This document shows positions 1-12,182 of a stretch of 64,000 nt of DNA, one piece after another. Position 1 is the first letter of the stretch. Every line of letters starts with the position of its first letter. The translations under genes and the position numbers were made by a program. This stretch comes from an uncultured Methanosarcinaceae archaeon (GTDB lineage: Archaea > Halobacteriota > Methanosarcinia > Methanosarcinales > Methanosarcinaceae): positions 288,001 to 352,000 of the forward strand of contig CAWHXP010000002.1 in assembly GCA_963833425.1 (NCBI GenBank), written 5' to 3'. Below the pieces are notes generated by a model. The model did no database searches, was not told where the DNA came from, and saw only the letters and a list, made by a program, of their open reading frames with translations.

Positions 1-1419
1 TTCAAAACAGGAAAAGTTTTTAATACCTTTATTTAAAGAGCGAATCTAAAGAGTTGTGAAAGCTTTTTGTTATAATCTCCATCAATTAATAACATTTAAA
101 ATAATAGAAGAATTCTAAGGATAGATGAAACTATCTTTAAAATAAGAGAATGATGTACAAGAAAAGAAAAAAATAGAGTAAACTAAATAAATTCGTAGGA
201 AAGATTTAAACAGGATTCTCGCGAAGAAAAAATAATAAGTACATCGGAATCTCTGTAATCTTCTTTTTTAATCACACTCTTCCATTACTATTAATACTTG
301 TTTCTTGTTATCCGGCTTTCATTTATATCGATGAGTATTGAGGCTAGCAGCTCAATACTGATTCATGGTCAGACAACGCCGCTGTCACCTTGCGTCTTCT
401 TTTTGGTTCCTTGTCAGTCCTTTTCATCATGTTTGTTGTCCTTATTTTTTTCCAGTATTCTCTAGAAATTGCATATGGCTCGTTATATCGTGCCGGAAGC
501 TTCCAAGAGTAGAGTTGCATTTTGATATCTCATGCCATCTTGTTCCCTATTCGGGTCATATAGTCTCTGATGACATCAATGTTTCATTTAACCCCTAAAA
601 CACTTATTTTTGCTGATTTTTAGCACTTTGATTGTAGCGTATTTCATAAAAGTCATGTATTTCTTTAAATTTAGATAAAATGCTTTTATAATTTTGGCTG
701 AAACTGGTCAAATGCAGAGATCTTCAGGTAAAAAACTATACATCAATATATATGATAAATTCTATTTTTGTGGTGAAGGCAAAGGGTACAGAATCGCAGA
801 ATTTACAGAATTTTTAGTATCTATCTTATAAATTTATCAGATGCAGCATTATATGATGGAATATTGCTATCTTAAGAATAACTTAATAGGTTTTAACTTA
901 ACAATATTAATCAATAATCAAGCGACATTTAATATATTGTGGAATTGCAAACATTCATCATTATTCTTCACGTTCTTTGACCACAATCAATCAACAGCCA
1001 TTCCACTACTCTGCTGCTACTGCTAGTTCCATAATAACATGTATCAATATTGTGTTCAATATCTCCAATTTTTGGCTGGTTATTTGTAATTCCTATATGG
1101 GCGACCTGTTTAAATAGGTAATTTGTCTAAATTCTTCATTAATACAAATTTATCTTTAGGTTAAATAGAATCAATAAGAAATTATTCGATACTCTACTTA
1201 AGACAGTTGTGAAATCAACTATTTCAGGGTTTTTGATTGATGCTCTCGTAATAATTTTCAGCTCGTATTAAATATTTTTTAACTAGATTAACAGTTACAT
1301 ATATTTTAGCTAATTTATTGTAATATGCGGATTTTAAAGAGAAGATTTTCAATTATTAAGTCAGACGGTGGGAGATAAAATCTTGGTTTTTGAGTCAAAA
1401 AAAATAATTGGAGGAAATC

Positions 1420-2508
1420 ATGCGTAAAAAAATACTTTATTTCATGCATGTTGATTGGGATTGGATAAAACAGAGGCCACATTATATTGCCGAATACTTA
1501 TCTAAAAATTACGATGTTCTCATCATCTATCCTTATCACATGAAAAGATCACAATTAACTAAAAATAAGCGGAACAATTTGAAATTAAGACCATTTTTTT
1601 ATGTCCCTTCTATAGGTAAAATTAAGTTCAACTTTTTAGATCGCTTATTTCTGAAGATGTATATTTATTTTACTTTGAAGACATTAAGACCTGATTATCT
1701 CTGGATAACCTTTCCAGATTCATACGAATTGATACCTTGGAATCATAACTCAAAAATAATATATGATTGTATGGATGATGCTGGAGAGTTTGACAATCAA
1801 AAAAAAATAAATTTCAGACGTGTAAATTTAGAGATCAAACTCATCAGAGAAGCTTCAATTGTTTTTGTTTCAAGTGAAAATCTTATGAATACTATTAATA
1901 ACAGGGAATACTGCCTTAATAAAGCAGTACTCATCAGGAATGCTTTTGGTGGTAATAAATTAGATGTTCCTCCTACAAATAAACCAAAAATTAAAAATGA
2001 TACTCAAAAAATTTGCTACATTGGAACTGTAGCCTCATGGTTTGATTTCGATTCATTATCTTTCTGCGTCCAAAATATTGAAAGCATAGAATTTCATATT
2101 ATTGGGCCAATTGATGTGGATATTAATAATTGGGCACATAAAAGGATAATATTTCATGGACCTATGAACCACGATAAATTGTACTCTTTTATAAAAGATT
2201 TTGATTGCATGATCATGCCTTTTAAACTAAATAAATTAGTTATATCAGTTGATCCTGTAAAGTTATATGAGTATGTAAATTATAACAAATCAATTATTTC
2301 AGTTTATTATAAGGAAATAGAGCGGTTTTCAAAATATGTATCATTTTATTCAAACAAAGAAGAATTATTAAATATTGTAAATAACATGATAAATCACGGA
2401 TTCTTTCCAAAATACAACGAAAAAGAACGTGATGAATTACTCCACAATAATTCTTGGGAAATTAGAGTAGATAAAATAAAGAAAGTTTTAGAAGGGATGG
2501 ATGAGTAA
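1420..2508 (+). CDS. Glycosyltransferase, GT-B fold (GT4-like)
   Basis: W-x-W-I-K-Q-R-P-H, YDCMDD, YIGTVASWFD and DPVKLYEY motifs; ATG at 1420 follows a GGAGG RBS. Confidence 0.85.
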   Translation: MRKKILYFMHVDWDWIKQRPHYIAEYLSKNYDVLIIYPYHMKRSQLTKNKRNNLKLRPFFYVPSIGKIKFNFLDRLFLKMYIYFTLKTLRPDYLWITFPDSYELIPWNHNSKIIYDCMDDAGEFDNQKKINFRRVNLEIKLIREASIVFVSSENLMNTINNREYCLNKAVLIRNAFGGNKLDVPPTNKPKIKNDTQKICYIGTVASWFDFDSLSFCVQNIESIEFHIIGPIDVDINNWAHKRIIFHGPMNHDKLYSFIKDFDCMIMPFKLNKLVISVDPVKLYEYVNYNKSIISVYYKEIERFSKYVSFYSNKEELLNIVNNMINHGFFPKYNEKERDELLHNNSWEIRVDKIKKVLEGMDE

Positions 2509-2968
2509 AGATTCAATATTACAAATTTCTTGTATATCGAATTATTTTGAATGTCAATAAGCGAAGTAATGAAAATATGATCTTGAGGGACTGTATTTAA
2601 TATAAATTTTAAATGTAGAGTAAGCGATTAAAATAACAATGTTTTACTTTGTAAGCTTCGCATTGATTTTAAAAAAATATGTATCTCCTAGGTTGTGATT
2701 CAAAATGTATTCTTATTCGAAGGAATTCAGGAAATGCACATGCTTTAAGATAAAATTATATATTTTTTATCAAAGAAATTTACAAGATTAAAAGAATCTC
2801 TGTTTTCAGTGTCTATCTGCTCGTTCCAGTAACCTCTAAATCTAAAATAAATATATTACTAATAATATATTTTTTGTTTGAGTGATCTTGCGTCATCATA
2901 TTTGTGAAAAATTAATGGGAAACCAAAAGACATACAATACAAATGCATGTAAATGATAAACTAAAAAA

Positions 2969-3116
2969 GGTTCCGTTGCAAAAATAATTTTACTGCCTTT
3001 TTGGCTATAATTATTGTTTTTTGTATCATTATTGATCTATTTAGAGCATATAAATATCCTATTTGTGATGTTTTTCACTGGTTTTGTAAAATAGCCAGAT
3101 TTTTTGCAACGGAACC
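2969..3116. mobile_element. 148 bp MITE with IS6-like terminal inverted repeats
   Basis: Perfect 16 bp TIR GGTTCCGTTGCAAAAA / TTTTTGCAACGGAACC, resembling IS6-family ends (GGTTCTGTTGCAAA); no ORF; no target duplication seen. Confidence 0.7.
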
Positions 3117-3450
3117 GTTCTTCATATGCTGAAGTTTACACAAAATATAATCCAGTTTAAGGCATTATTTTGTATTTTTTTCATTTTCTAAGCTTTTTAT
3201 CCACTTTTGAAGCAAATTTGTTACTAATTTGTTTCCTAGATCTGATAACATAAAACTAATGAATTTGGAGTATATTCCTTAGAATTGAGTGATTTAAATA
3301 TTCTTGCTAGTTCATGATTTCCTTTCTCCTTCCTATCAAATGAGCAGGTACATAATCAGGAGATTAACACCAAACTTCTCATTATCTGAAACAGTAACTA
3401 TAAGTTCCTTCATAACAATTAACTTAAATTCAATGAAGTTATATTGAAAA
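3117..3450. repeat. ~330 bp diverged direct repeat, copy 1 (copy 2 at 12183-12515); probably a decayed minus-strand gene 5' end
   Basis: Shared blocks TTCTTGCTAGTTCA, TACATAATCAGGAGAT, ACAGTAACTATAAG, CCTTCATAACAATTAACTTA, TTCAATGAAGTTATATTG. Confidence 0.8.
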
Positions 3451-3473
3451 TTGTGATACGAACGAGTTGCACT

Positions 3474-3911
3474 TCATACTACAGGTACAAAAGCACCGCC
3501 ATAATCACCGTTGTTAGGTCTGCTACGGTTAGCTCTAAAATTTCTAGCATGTGTTGGGCGTCCATGGTTAACGTTGATCGAAACACTCGCTGATGCATTA
3601 CTGTAATTTGTAATATCATTAGGTATAAAATAAGCTTTTAATGTCTGCGTACCTACACTCAGTAACGTTCCTAGGGGCGGAGTATAGACAAAGGTTCCAG
3701 GTATTATGGCTTTAGACACCGTATCTGAAGCAAATGCATTTAGCTGAGTGTTGTTCAACGTTCTTCCATAGATTATGTCAGCAGGACTATTCCAAATAAT
3801 TATTGGGATCGCTCGCGGTGTTGCAACCGCTGCAGCTGAGATACCCGCTAACGTTAAAATTATAGCTGTTGAGACTAAAGCTATCGAATAAAATTTATGT
3901 TCATTGATCAC
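3474..3911 (-). CDS. Small secreted/cell-surface protein with one Ig-like (MBG-type) repeat
   Basis: N-terminal signal peptide, then PIIIWNSPADIIYG...PGTFVYTP..GT.L..GTQTL...NYSNASASVSINV; same repeat as at 11200-11880. Confidence 0.75.
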   Translation of the reverse strand: MINEHKFYSIALVSTAIILTLAGISAAAVATPRAIPIIIWNSPADIIYGRTLNNTQLNAFASDTVSKAIIPGTFVYTPPLGTLLSVGTQTLKAYFIPNDITNYSNASASVSINVNHGRPTHARNFRANRSRPNNGDYGGAFVPVV

Positions 3912-4429
3912 TTATTTCAACTCTTTTTTTCCATATTGTTAAAGCGAGAAATAATGAGATAGTTATCTTCAATCGCAAATACTTCTCAATATACTTCTAG
4001 TGTTGTCGCATCTCCAATTTCTGATATCCAATAAGCTATTAAAGTGATTATGATCGAAAAATTGTATATTTTTTTTAGTAATTCTAGATTAAAAAATGTT
4101 AGAATATTACAAAAGCATAGCATAAATCATAGAAAGCAATACTTTGGGAAGTAAACTTATTGCATATTTTATGTAATATGCGTCTTCTATTTATTCAAAT
4201 TTATTGTCCAATTAGATATGGATGGTCTCTCACTGTAGCTATGAATTAAAATGGGTTTAAGTTATAACGTTTCAATAGTACATATATTCCGATAACAATT
4301 AGCACTAAATCAAATCTCCCAAATATTTCAAATTTTTCTCGGAGAGCTCAATTTCGATATAAATATTTTGTTTAAGTGTAGTTTAAGTGAACAATATTCC
4401 TATTTTATTAAAAGAAACTCATTATCTTA

Positions 4430-4650
4430 AGTAATGTTTTATCAGGTTTTGTTTCATCAGGTTTTTGTGGGATCGCTGTTTGATTAGTTGGAGCTTTGGG
4501 TACATATGTGAGAGAACCTATAAACTGGCCGAAAGCCCTATGTTTTGTTCCCGTTCCGTGGCTGTAATATTGTTCGTTGCTGTGTCAATGAAGGAACGGT
4601 GCCTTCAAGGTCATTCGCCACATGTGCCTTTGTTCCACTCTGGGCGAAAA
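4430..4650 (-). pseudogene. YVTN beta-propeller surface protein remnant
   Basis: Frameshifted pieces GTKAHVAND.EGTV, IDTATNNITAT and AFGQFIG on the minus strand. Confidence 0.65.
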
Positions 4651-4869
4651 AAGCACGCATATGAATAAAAATATATAATATTGGATAATTTTTTGTATTC
4701 AGAGCAAGGCTTGGGACATACCAGATTGCTTGCAGCGGGGTGTGCCACCTCAAAATTGATGTGAAAAATTCATTATTTAATTAGAATAATCAATGATGAC
4801 CCAATGACACCCTTAAAAGAAAGAAAGTGACGAAATACAGGAAATAATTTCACTTAATTTTTTATAATA

Positions 4870-5010
4870 TTAATAGGATAAAATAATGTAGTCGAAACAA
4901 CTGTTTCTGTCGACAAAAGGAAATTTGGAGAAGTACTTAGGACAAGAAAGTTCCGTAACCAATTGTAGAAGTAAACTTGAAACTGATAGTTTATAACATA
5001 AATAAGGAGT
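4870..5010 (+). pseudogene. IS5-family transposase C-terminal remnant
   Basis: NVVETTVSVDKRKFGEVLRTRKFRNQ / EVNLKLIVYNINK, homologous to the transposase tail at 26890-27030. Confidence 0.7.
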
Positions 5011-5171
5011 ATTAGAACTAATTTGGATAAATCAAAAATTTTTACATAGACTGTTTTCCAAAACAATTTTAATATAAACTTCCTTATCTTTTGTTTAATC
5101 TCTTCTATCGTTAATGTTAGCAAATAAGCAGCCGAAACTTATATACGGAACTAGCGTCGAAGTCGATGCTT

Positions 5172-5208
5172 GCATCCAATGGGCTGAAGACCTAGTGGTT
5201 TACGCTTT
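5172..5208. mobile_element. Possible IS200/IS605-type terminal hairpin remnant
   Basis: CATCCAATGGG-CTGAAGA-CCTAGTGGTTTACGCT, an imperfect stem with a CTGAAGA loop like IS605-group ends. Confidence 0.4.
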
Positions 5209-5337
5209 GTCCTATTTAATTGTCAATACACCATTATAGAACTTAAATTGATGCTTAATCTGGAAAAAGATTACTATTTAATGAACTCTTTTCACTTTTG
5301 CCAATATGTTGAAATATAACTAATAAAAATATAACTG

Positions 5338-6834
5338 ATGTTTTGGACCATGTATAACATAACTGCCATCTATTCTAATATCCTTAAAATAGATCCTATC
5401 AAGCGCCAGAGTATAATATCATTGTTCTGGCAGATAGCATTCACAGCTATAGGTTTTCTGAGTACAATGTACTTCGCACGTACCGTAGGTGCTGCAGTTC
5501 TCGGTGCATATTTTCTGTTTTTATCATACAACGGTATTTTTAATTTGGTTACAGACGGGGGATTTGGTGGAGCCGCAACCAAACGTATCAGTGAAGGAAA
5601 AGAACCTGATGAATATTTTAGTGCATCTATTATACTTCGGTTAGCATTCACTATACTCGTAGTACTCATTTTGCTCGTGTTTAAAGATTATTTTGTCGAG
5701 ATTAATTACTCAGGTATATTTGTCTGGCTGCTGCTTTCATTGCTGGTAACTATGATTGCGGGTACTATCGCAAGCGGAGTTGCCGGCATGGGTAAAATTG
5801 GAATACACAACACCTGTATTGGCATAAAAAATATTTCATGTGTCCTATTTCAGATCCCGGCAATATATCTCGGATATGAGACTGCAGGTCTGGCTGGAGG
5901 TATGGTGGCTGGAGCAGTAGTGGCAGCAATAATTGAATTTCGTTTTTTCGATTTGCGTTTCGTAAGTTTCAAATGGGTCCACATAAAAAGTTTATCAGTA
6001 TTTTCATTTTGGTTATTTTTAACTACTAGTGGAATGATGGTGTTTTCGCAGGCTGATACTATTATCATTGGACATTTATTAGACATGGTCAATGTAGGCA
6101 TTTACAGGATTACGCTCCAGTTCACAATGGTCGCTTCATTTAGCACAAATGCAATACGCGACACGCTTTGGCCCCGTATCAGCCGCTGGGGTAAAACTAA
6201 TGAGATTGATATGGTGGAGGCGTCTCTGTCACGTGCTATTAGCTACTCATTGATACTGGCAATTCCTGTGTTTGTGGGTGGTGTTTTATTGGGTGATCGC
6301 CTGCTACTTCAATTCTATGGTGCAGACTTTGCTCGTGGCTACCAAACATTAATAATACTACTTGCTGTACAAGTGGTTAATGTATTCCAGTTTTTATTTA
6401 CCATGTACCTGGATGCGCTAGACCATCCTAAAGAATCCTTTAAAGTAACTGCAATTGGCGTTGTAGCAAATATTGTGTTAAATTTTATACTAATCCCAAT
6501 TATAGGTGTAAGTGGTGCAGCAATCGCAACTCTAGCAACAATGATATTAAATGTTTTACTCGCAAGACGTTCATTATCAAAACTTATGAAAATACGAGTG
6601 GAGCATCACAGCCTGTTGAATATTTCTATGGCTTCGATTGTAATGGGAGCACTGGTAGGTGGGTATCGTTTACTTATACCACTTTCCAATATATGGATTA
6701 CACTGATGGCCGTTATTGTCGGAGGGGTGGCATATAGTGTCCTTGTACTGAAACTTGATAGACAGATTTGTAATGATCTGCGAAAAATTGTGGAAGGGAT
6801 GGGTATTGGAGTGATATGGCCTGGATGGTTGTAA
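5338..6834 (+). CDS. Oligosaccharide flippase (Wzx/MOP superfamily)
   Basis: 498 aa with ~12-14 hydrophobic segments; ARTVGAAVLGAY, DGGFGGA, DTIIIG..VGIY and LIPIIGVSGAAIAT motifs. Confidence 0.9.
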   Translation: MFWTMYNITAIYSNILKIDPIKRQSIISLFWQIAFTAIGFLSTMYFARTVGAAVLGAYFLFLSYNGIFNLVTDGGFGGAATKRISEGKEPDEYFSASIILRLAFTILVVLILLVFKDYFVEINYSGIFVWLLLSLLVTMIAGTIASGVAGMGKIGIHNTCIGIKNISCVLFQIPAIYLGYETAGLAGGMVAGAVVAAIIEFRFFDLRFVSFKWVHIKSLSVFSFWLFLTTSGMMVFSQADTIIIGHLLDMVNVGIYRITLQFTMVASFSTNAIRDTLWPRISRWGKTNEIDMVEASLSRAISYSLILAIPVFVGGVLLGDRLLLQFYGADFARGYQTLIILLAVQVVNVFQFLFTMYLDALDHPKESFKVTAIGVVANIVLNFILIPIIGVSGAAIATLATMILNVLLARRSLSKLMKIRVEHHSLLNISMASIVMGALVGGYRLLIPLSNIWITLMAVIVGGVAYSVLVLKLDRQICNDLRKIVEGMGIGVIWPGWL

Positions 6835-9390
6835 ATTGGTGTTATTAACTTATCAAATTATTTTGACAATTAGAGAAAATCTAACTTTGATCTTTGAGTA
6901 AAAATAAATTTCTTTGTTTGTATTGTTTGACCCAATGAACACAAGAGAGCATTTTTATATAATTCATATAAGAATATACCGGTCGCACTGAATCTATTCT
7001 TACTCCTAATCCTTTTATGAAAAACTCAATTTTTATGAGATTTTTAAAATAGATGCGAAAATCCACGTTTTTCTGTTGAATGAATTGCGACAAGTACGAT
7101 ATGACCTAGTCCCACTGAAAAATTTAGAAAGGTCTTGAGTTGCTGATTTGAGGCGACATCTAGTGCAAATATGCAACCGACGATAATAAGCATTATACAA
7201 GGAATGACATTTTGTGACATCGGATTAATTCAGCTTACGTAGTCTATGGCACATAATGAGCACCTTTCAGGTAGAAGCAACTGCTTCAGCGTCTTGATCC
7301 TTGATCTGCACTATATCTTACAGAACTTTATTAAATGTAGGTAATTAGACCTCACATATTGATTCACACCTGATGACGCTATGAACTACAGTAATATATA
7401 ACATAATTTTATAATCAATATATGACTCCTGTGCAGAAGAACTATCATATGATTATTTGTGTATAAGGTTTAGCCACTTTAGATAAGCTGAATGATGGAT
7501 CATCCCATACACTGTATAAATATGCTCAAAGCTGCAGAGGTAGGTTTGGATGTTAGAAAAAGAGATCCAAGGGTGGGAAATATATTTACAGAAACTACTG
7601 AACTTGGATCTTTTATCATCCGGTAAAAGATAACATCGATAATGGGGTATGTTCGCCGACAAAAGAGCAGACACTGATTGATTCAGCTAATTATATTATT
7701 ATTGAGTTGGTTAACCAAATTAAGTAGGCAGAGAGTATTTGGAATGAATATGCGAAACGCCTAAAAATCGGTCATAATTTAGGAGTTAGATTACTTCAAA
7801 ATTTTTGGGATATTTCATAATAAGGCATGTATTGAATTTATTGATCAACATACAGGAATATATCATACGAACGGTTGCTGCTGATTATTAAATTAGGCTA
7901 TTCAAAGTTGATTATATTTTGAGATCAATTTTACTCAATATTTCATAACTATCGTCCTCTATCATTTGATTAACGCTTTCAATCTCAGTTCCCAGTTTAA
8001 TGAATGTTTTCGTTTTAGTCCATTGAAATCCTTCCACCCCAATGAAAAGCAGAAGAAAAAAGGTGAGAAATGGTAGTAAGAGTATTCTGGAAATACTAGC
8101 AATCAAATAACATAGGAGAACTTAACCGCAGTTGACAAATTAAATCAGATATGCTTCTGTTTGAAATTTGTTAATATATCTCTACTTTTACCCATATTTT
8201 TCTTTTTATTTTTTGTGCATTTATGGGATGTAATCGATAGAAACTTGAACATTCCTAATCTCTCTGGAATTCCAGAATTCTTAAGAACTTAAGAAATATA
8301 TTTCGGCGCAAAACAAAAAAATTAAGGATTATTGATTTCCATATATGAAAGTATAATCACTATATAATACAGTTCGTATGCTATTTGAAAATCTAGATAT
8401 AACATCTGCAAGTTTGAATTTTTAATAGACAAATACTCAAAATGATTAGAATGGGATTAGTTAATTGAATATTAAAAGAGTTGAAAAATGTCCCGTTTAT
8501 TGGCATTATTCATTATGTTTTCGGAGACCCTTTCTAGTCATGAGTTTATGTTCAACGATTTTGCATGGCTATATTGAAGGACTGCTTTTTACTCTAGCAG
8601 CAATTGTAACAATTACTCAGCGCGAATCACGTGAAAAAGAAATTAAAAACTCCAATTTCTGGAGTTGCAATATTTTTTATTGCGTTGTGCCTATTGATGG
8701 TAGTATTTGTCGTATTACCTTGATCCTTGGCTACACCAATAAATGAAACAACAAATATCAAGATTCTTAACGGTCTACAAAATTTTGTATCAGATATAAC
8801 ATAAATGGATAATGATATGAAATATCTGACTCCTGCGGCAAAGAACTACGATACCGGTCGCTTTCTGAGTATGCAGGTATTTTGTGTACAGATAGTCAAA
8901 AAGCTATAGATGCTATGATTTATATGATGTATAACCTAATTTACAAGATACAAAGGAAGAATATCAGTTAGCGGTGTTAAAAGTTAATGGGGTAGCAGTT
9001 TGTGCTAATTCTGGAGTCAATAACATAATAATTGAAATTTGAAGCCGTAAACTCTGATGTAATCGAAGAAAGATACGAATAAAAGATTGATAAGAAACAT
9101 GCAAAAACCGATCTGCTAACAAAGAAATTAAATAATAAATATATCGTTGGTTAGCTTTTAGTAAACATGCAGGAAAAAATCTAAACAATATTCACTTATT
9201 ATATAAGGCATAGAAGAAGCAAAAAAGAAAATGAACATTTTCATGCTTAATTCACTTGTTAAAAGCAAAAATGGCTCTTTTAATATGTTGTCACCATAAA
9301 AATATTTATTAAGTATTTTTTTCATGTTTGAAATTCTATTGATTATGAAAATACGAGATTCAGGAAAACAATTTTATTTTTGGATCAGCT

Positions 9391-10185
9391 CTATATTTTT
9401 TGTGAGCTAAAAACATAGCTCTCATATATACTATAGGCATACTCATCTGAGTATTTGTTGAAAAATACTTTAGTTGGGAGCCCCAATGACTCTAAATATT
9501 GGAATAAATTGATTCCAAAATCGTTATATACAACAATACCTTCGTTCCTTAATTGATCTCCATGGTACATTGGCGGTACGATAAAAATATCTTCATTTGA
9601 TGACACATCAATTCTTTTAAATGTATTCCTATCAAAATAAAATGGAATAGTAAATATATGATATCCATCTGGCTTTAGAACCCTTTTAATTTCGTTCCAT
9701 GCTAGATCTGGATTTCGAATGTGCTCAAAGACATCTTGCGTAATTATCAGGTCAAAACTATTATCTGGAAAACTCAAACTTTGCAAATCTTCGCATAGAA
9801 CCCCATCTGAATTTTTTGTGCCAGGTACAACATTATCAAAATATTCTGAACAAATATATTTTGGTAAATTTGATAGGACTCCGTTTATAGGACCATAAGC
9901 AGATGCTTCGTAAATAGTAAGATTGCTTAATTTATCTTTATTTTCGTTCAAAGACCCGTTTGAAGATAAAAACGTGTTTATAATTACCTTGGTAACATGT
10001 CTATGCCGTGAAATACTGTGACAAAATAGGCATGTCATACTTCCCCGTATTCCCTCGGGATCGTAACACAAAAATAAAGTAACTCTACCACAAACATTAC
10101 ATTTACCAAAATTGTGATGCAATATATTTTGGAAAAAACTTATCATGATAATAATTAAACTATTGTAATATAAAGGAGTTGCCAC
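9391..10185 (-). CDS. Class I SAM-dependent methyltransferase with N-terminal Cys motifs
   Basis: EDLQSLSFPDNSFDLIITQDVFEHI...EIKRVLKPDG; N-terminal CNVC and CLFC; real start may be a later ATG. Confidence 0.85.
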   Translation of the reverse strand: MATPLYYNSLIIIMISFFQNILHHNFGKCNVCGRVTLFLCYDPEGIRGSMTCLFCHSISRHRHVTKVIINTFLSSNGSLNENKDKLSNLTIYEASAYGPINGVLSNLPKYICSEYFDNVVPGTKNSDGVLCEDLQSLSFPDNSFDLIITQDVFEHIRNPDLAWNEIKRVLKPDGYHIFTIPFYFDRNTFKRIDVSSNEDIFIVPPMYHGDQLRNEGIVVYNDFGINLFQYLESLGLPTKVFFNKYSDEYAYSIYESYVFSSQKI

Positions 10186-10214
10186 AAATAATTTAAATAA
10201 ATTCTATGAGTAAT

Positions 10215-10340
10215 TTAGATAATTCTGATGAAGTAATAAAAGCCTATGACAAACGAATGAATTAACCCGCAACTCAGAAGCTTGGTACAATCAAAATTTA
10301 TCTAAATGAAATCAATCTGCTTACGATTCTTGGTACAGTA
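10215..10340 (+). pseudogene. TPR-repeat gene remnant
   Basis: DEVIKAYDK...NPQ/SEAWYN fragments with frameshifts. Confidence 0.55.
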
Positions 10341-10809
10341 CAGTAACTTTATCTAAATAGATTGAATAAATTTAATTTATAGATTGATTAGTTACTTAAT
10401 TTTCATTTATTTTTATTCTTTACGAGGTAAATATATCAGGTTTTTTGCTTCCCATCGCAACATCAATTTTAATTAAAATTATATATTTTCTAAACAATAA
10501 GATAAAAATGTCCTATAATCATGGCTGAAAATGAGAAAATGCACAGGTTATTTTTTTGTGACTAAAACTGTGTATATTATATTTATTGATACAGATTTAT
10601 TTTTTTACTACTGTATACTTGATAATGAGTTCCAGCACCAAGGTATGGGTTTGTTGTGGCTTCAGTAAGCAAATAGACTTTTATCCCAAAAAAACTTGAC
10701 GGTTACATATCAATTCTTACAAGAATAAGCATAATTCCCATTTTGGAAAATTCTACAAGAATATCGATCTACTTTCTGCTTTTCTTCAACAGTGAATGTA
10801 GGATCAATC

Positions 10810-11890
10810 CTTGGGTAGTACAGTCAGCCTCAATGGACCAAATGTTATGTGGCAAACTATTATGGCAATATTGTATCTGTAATTAATGCAGCAAATAATA
10901 CTGTTATAGCCACGGTGCCTGTAGGACAAACTCCGATAGGAGTCAGTCACACCTGATGTAACAAAGGTATATGTGACTAAGAAGGCAATGACACTGTCTC
11001 TGTAATTAACACAACCACAAACGCTTTTATCTCCCAACGGTACCTGTAGACGTTGCTACTTTTGGAGAGCAGTCACAACAGATGAAACAAAGGTATATGT
11101 GGCAAATGTAGGCAACAAAATGTCTCTGTAATCGACCCAGCCACAAACACTGTTACAGCCACTGTGAATTTGGAGGCAATCCTGTCGCCCTAGGGCAGTT
11201 TATAGCAAAAAATTCCTACAATTACCTAGAGTGACCCTGCTGATATAGCTTATGGAACAGGATTGGACGGCACTCAACTAGGTGCAACTGTTTCAGCACC
11301 TGGAATCTTTGTCTATACTCCATAAGCAGGAACCATAATATGTGTAGATATCAATACATTGACTGCTACTTCCACACCAACTGATTCTACAAACTATACT
11401 ACAGCTTCAGCGACTGCTTCTATAAAAGTAAACAAAGCGACCCCTACAGTTACCTGGGATAATCCTGCTGACATAGTCTAGTACAAAATTGAGCAGAACC
11501 CAGCTAGAAGCAATTGCTTCAGTACCTGAAACCTTTGTTTATACTCCTTCAGCGGGAATCAGATTAGGTGAAGGTACGCAGACATTGAGTGTGTTATTCA
11601 TACCAACTGATTCTATAGCCTATAATAAGGCTTCAGCGGATGTTTTGATCAATGTAAACAATGCGACTCCTACAATTATTTGGAAGAAACCTGCTGACAT
11701 AACACATGGAACAGCATTGACAGCCACTCAACTAGATGCAACTGCTTCAGTAACTGGGACCTTTGTCTATACTCCACCCGTAGGAACTGTATTAAATGCA
11801 GGCACGCAGACATTGAAGTTTCTTTTACACCAACTGACACTGCAAACTATAATACACATCAGCGACTGTTTCAATTAATGTTCTAAAAGC
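10810..11890 (+). pseudogene. YVTN beta-propeller plus ~3 Ig-like repeats; frameshifted surface protein
   Basis: Repeated YV(A/T)N..VSVI..TNTVTATV units, ALGQFI, then PTITW..PADI.YGT..TQL.A..S.PGTFVYTP repeats; several frameshifts and stops. Confidence 0.85.
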
Positions 11891-12182
11891 AAAGAATTCT
11901 ATACACATGGAGTGATAATGTCTAAATCCAACGATTTCCATACTGAAATAGATTATATGAAAATTTTGAAACGGAATATAGTCAAATGTGTTGGAGTTAT
12001 GAAAATTCCGTAAAATCGATATGTAAGGAATTGGCTATATTGAATCTCACGATTATAAGTTAGGTACCACATCTGAAGCAGTGAGCATCCTTCCATAAGA
12101 CAGAATAATAATCCAACGAAAATCCTTTCATCGGGACTTTGGTTCCTGGATCTACCTGTCTAATTATTTCGTATAAAATACT

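Noticed and set aside
6881..9188. Short ORFs between flippase and methyltransferase
   Set aside because: No recognisable motifs; may be decayed genes but cannot be assigned
11220..11500. In-frame TAG (TIT*SDPAD) in the surface-protein gene as possible pyrrolysine read-through
   Set aside because: It replaces a conserved Trp (TGG to TAG) and the gene also has several frameshifts, so it is ordinary decay
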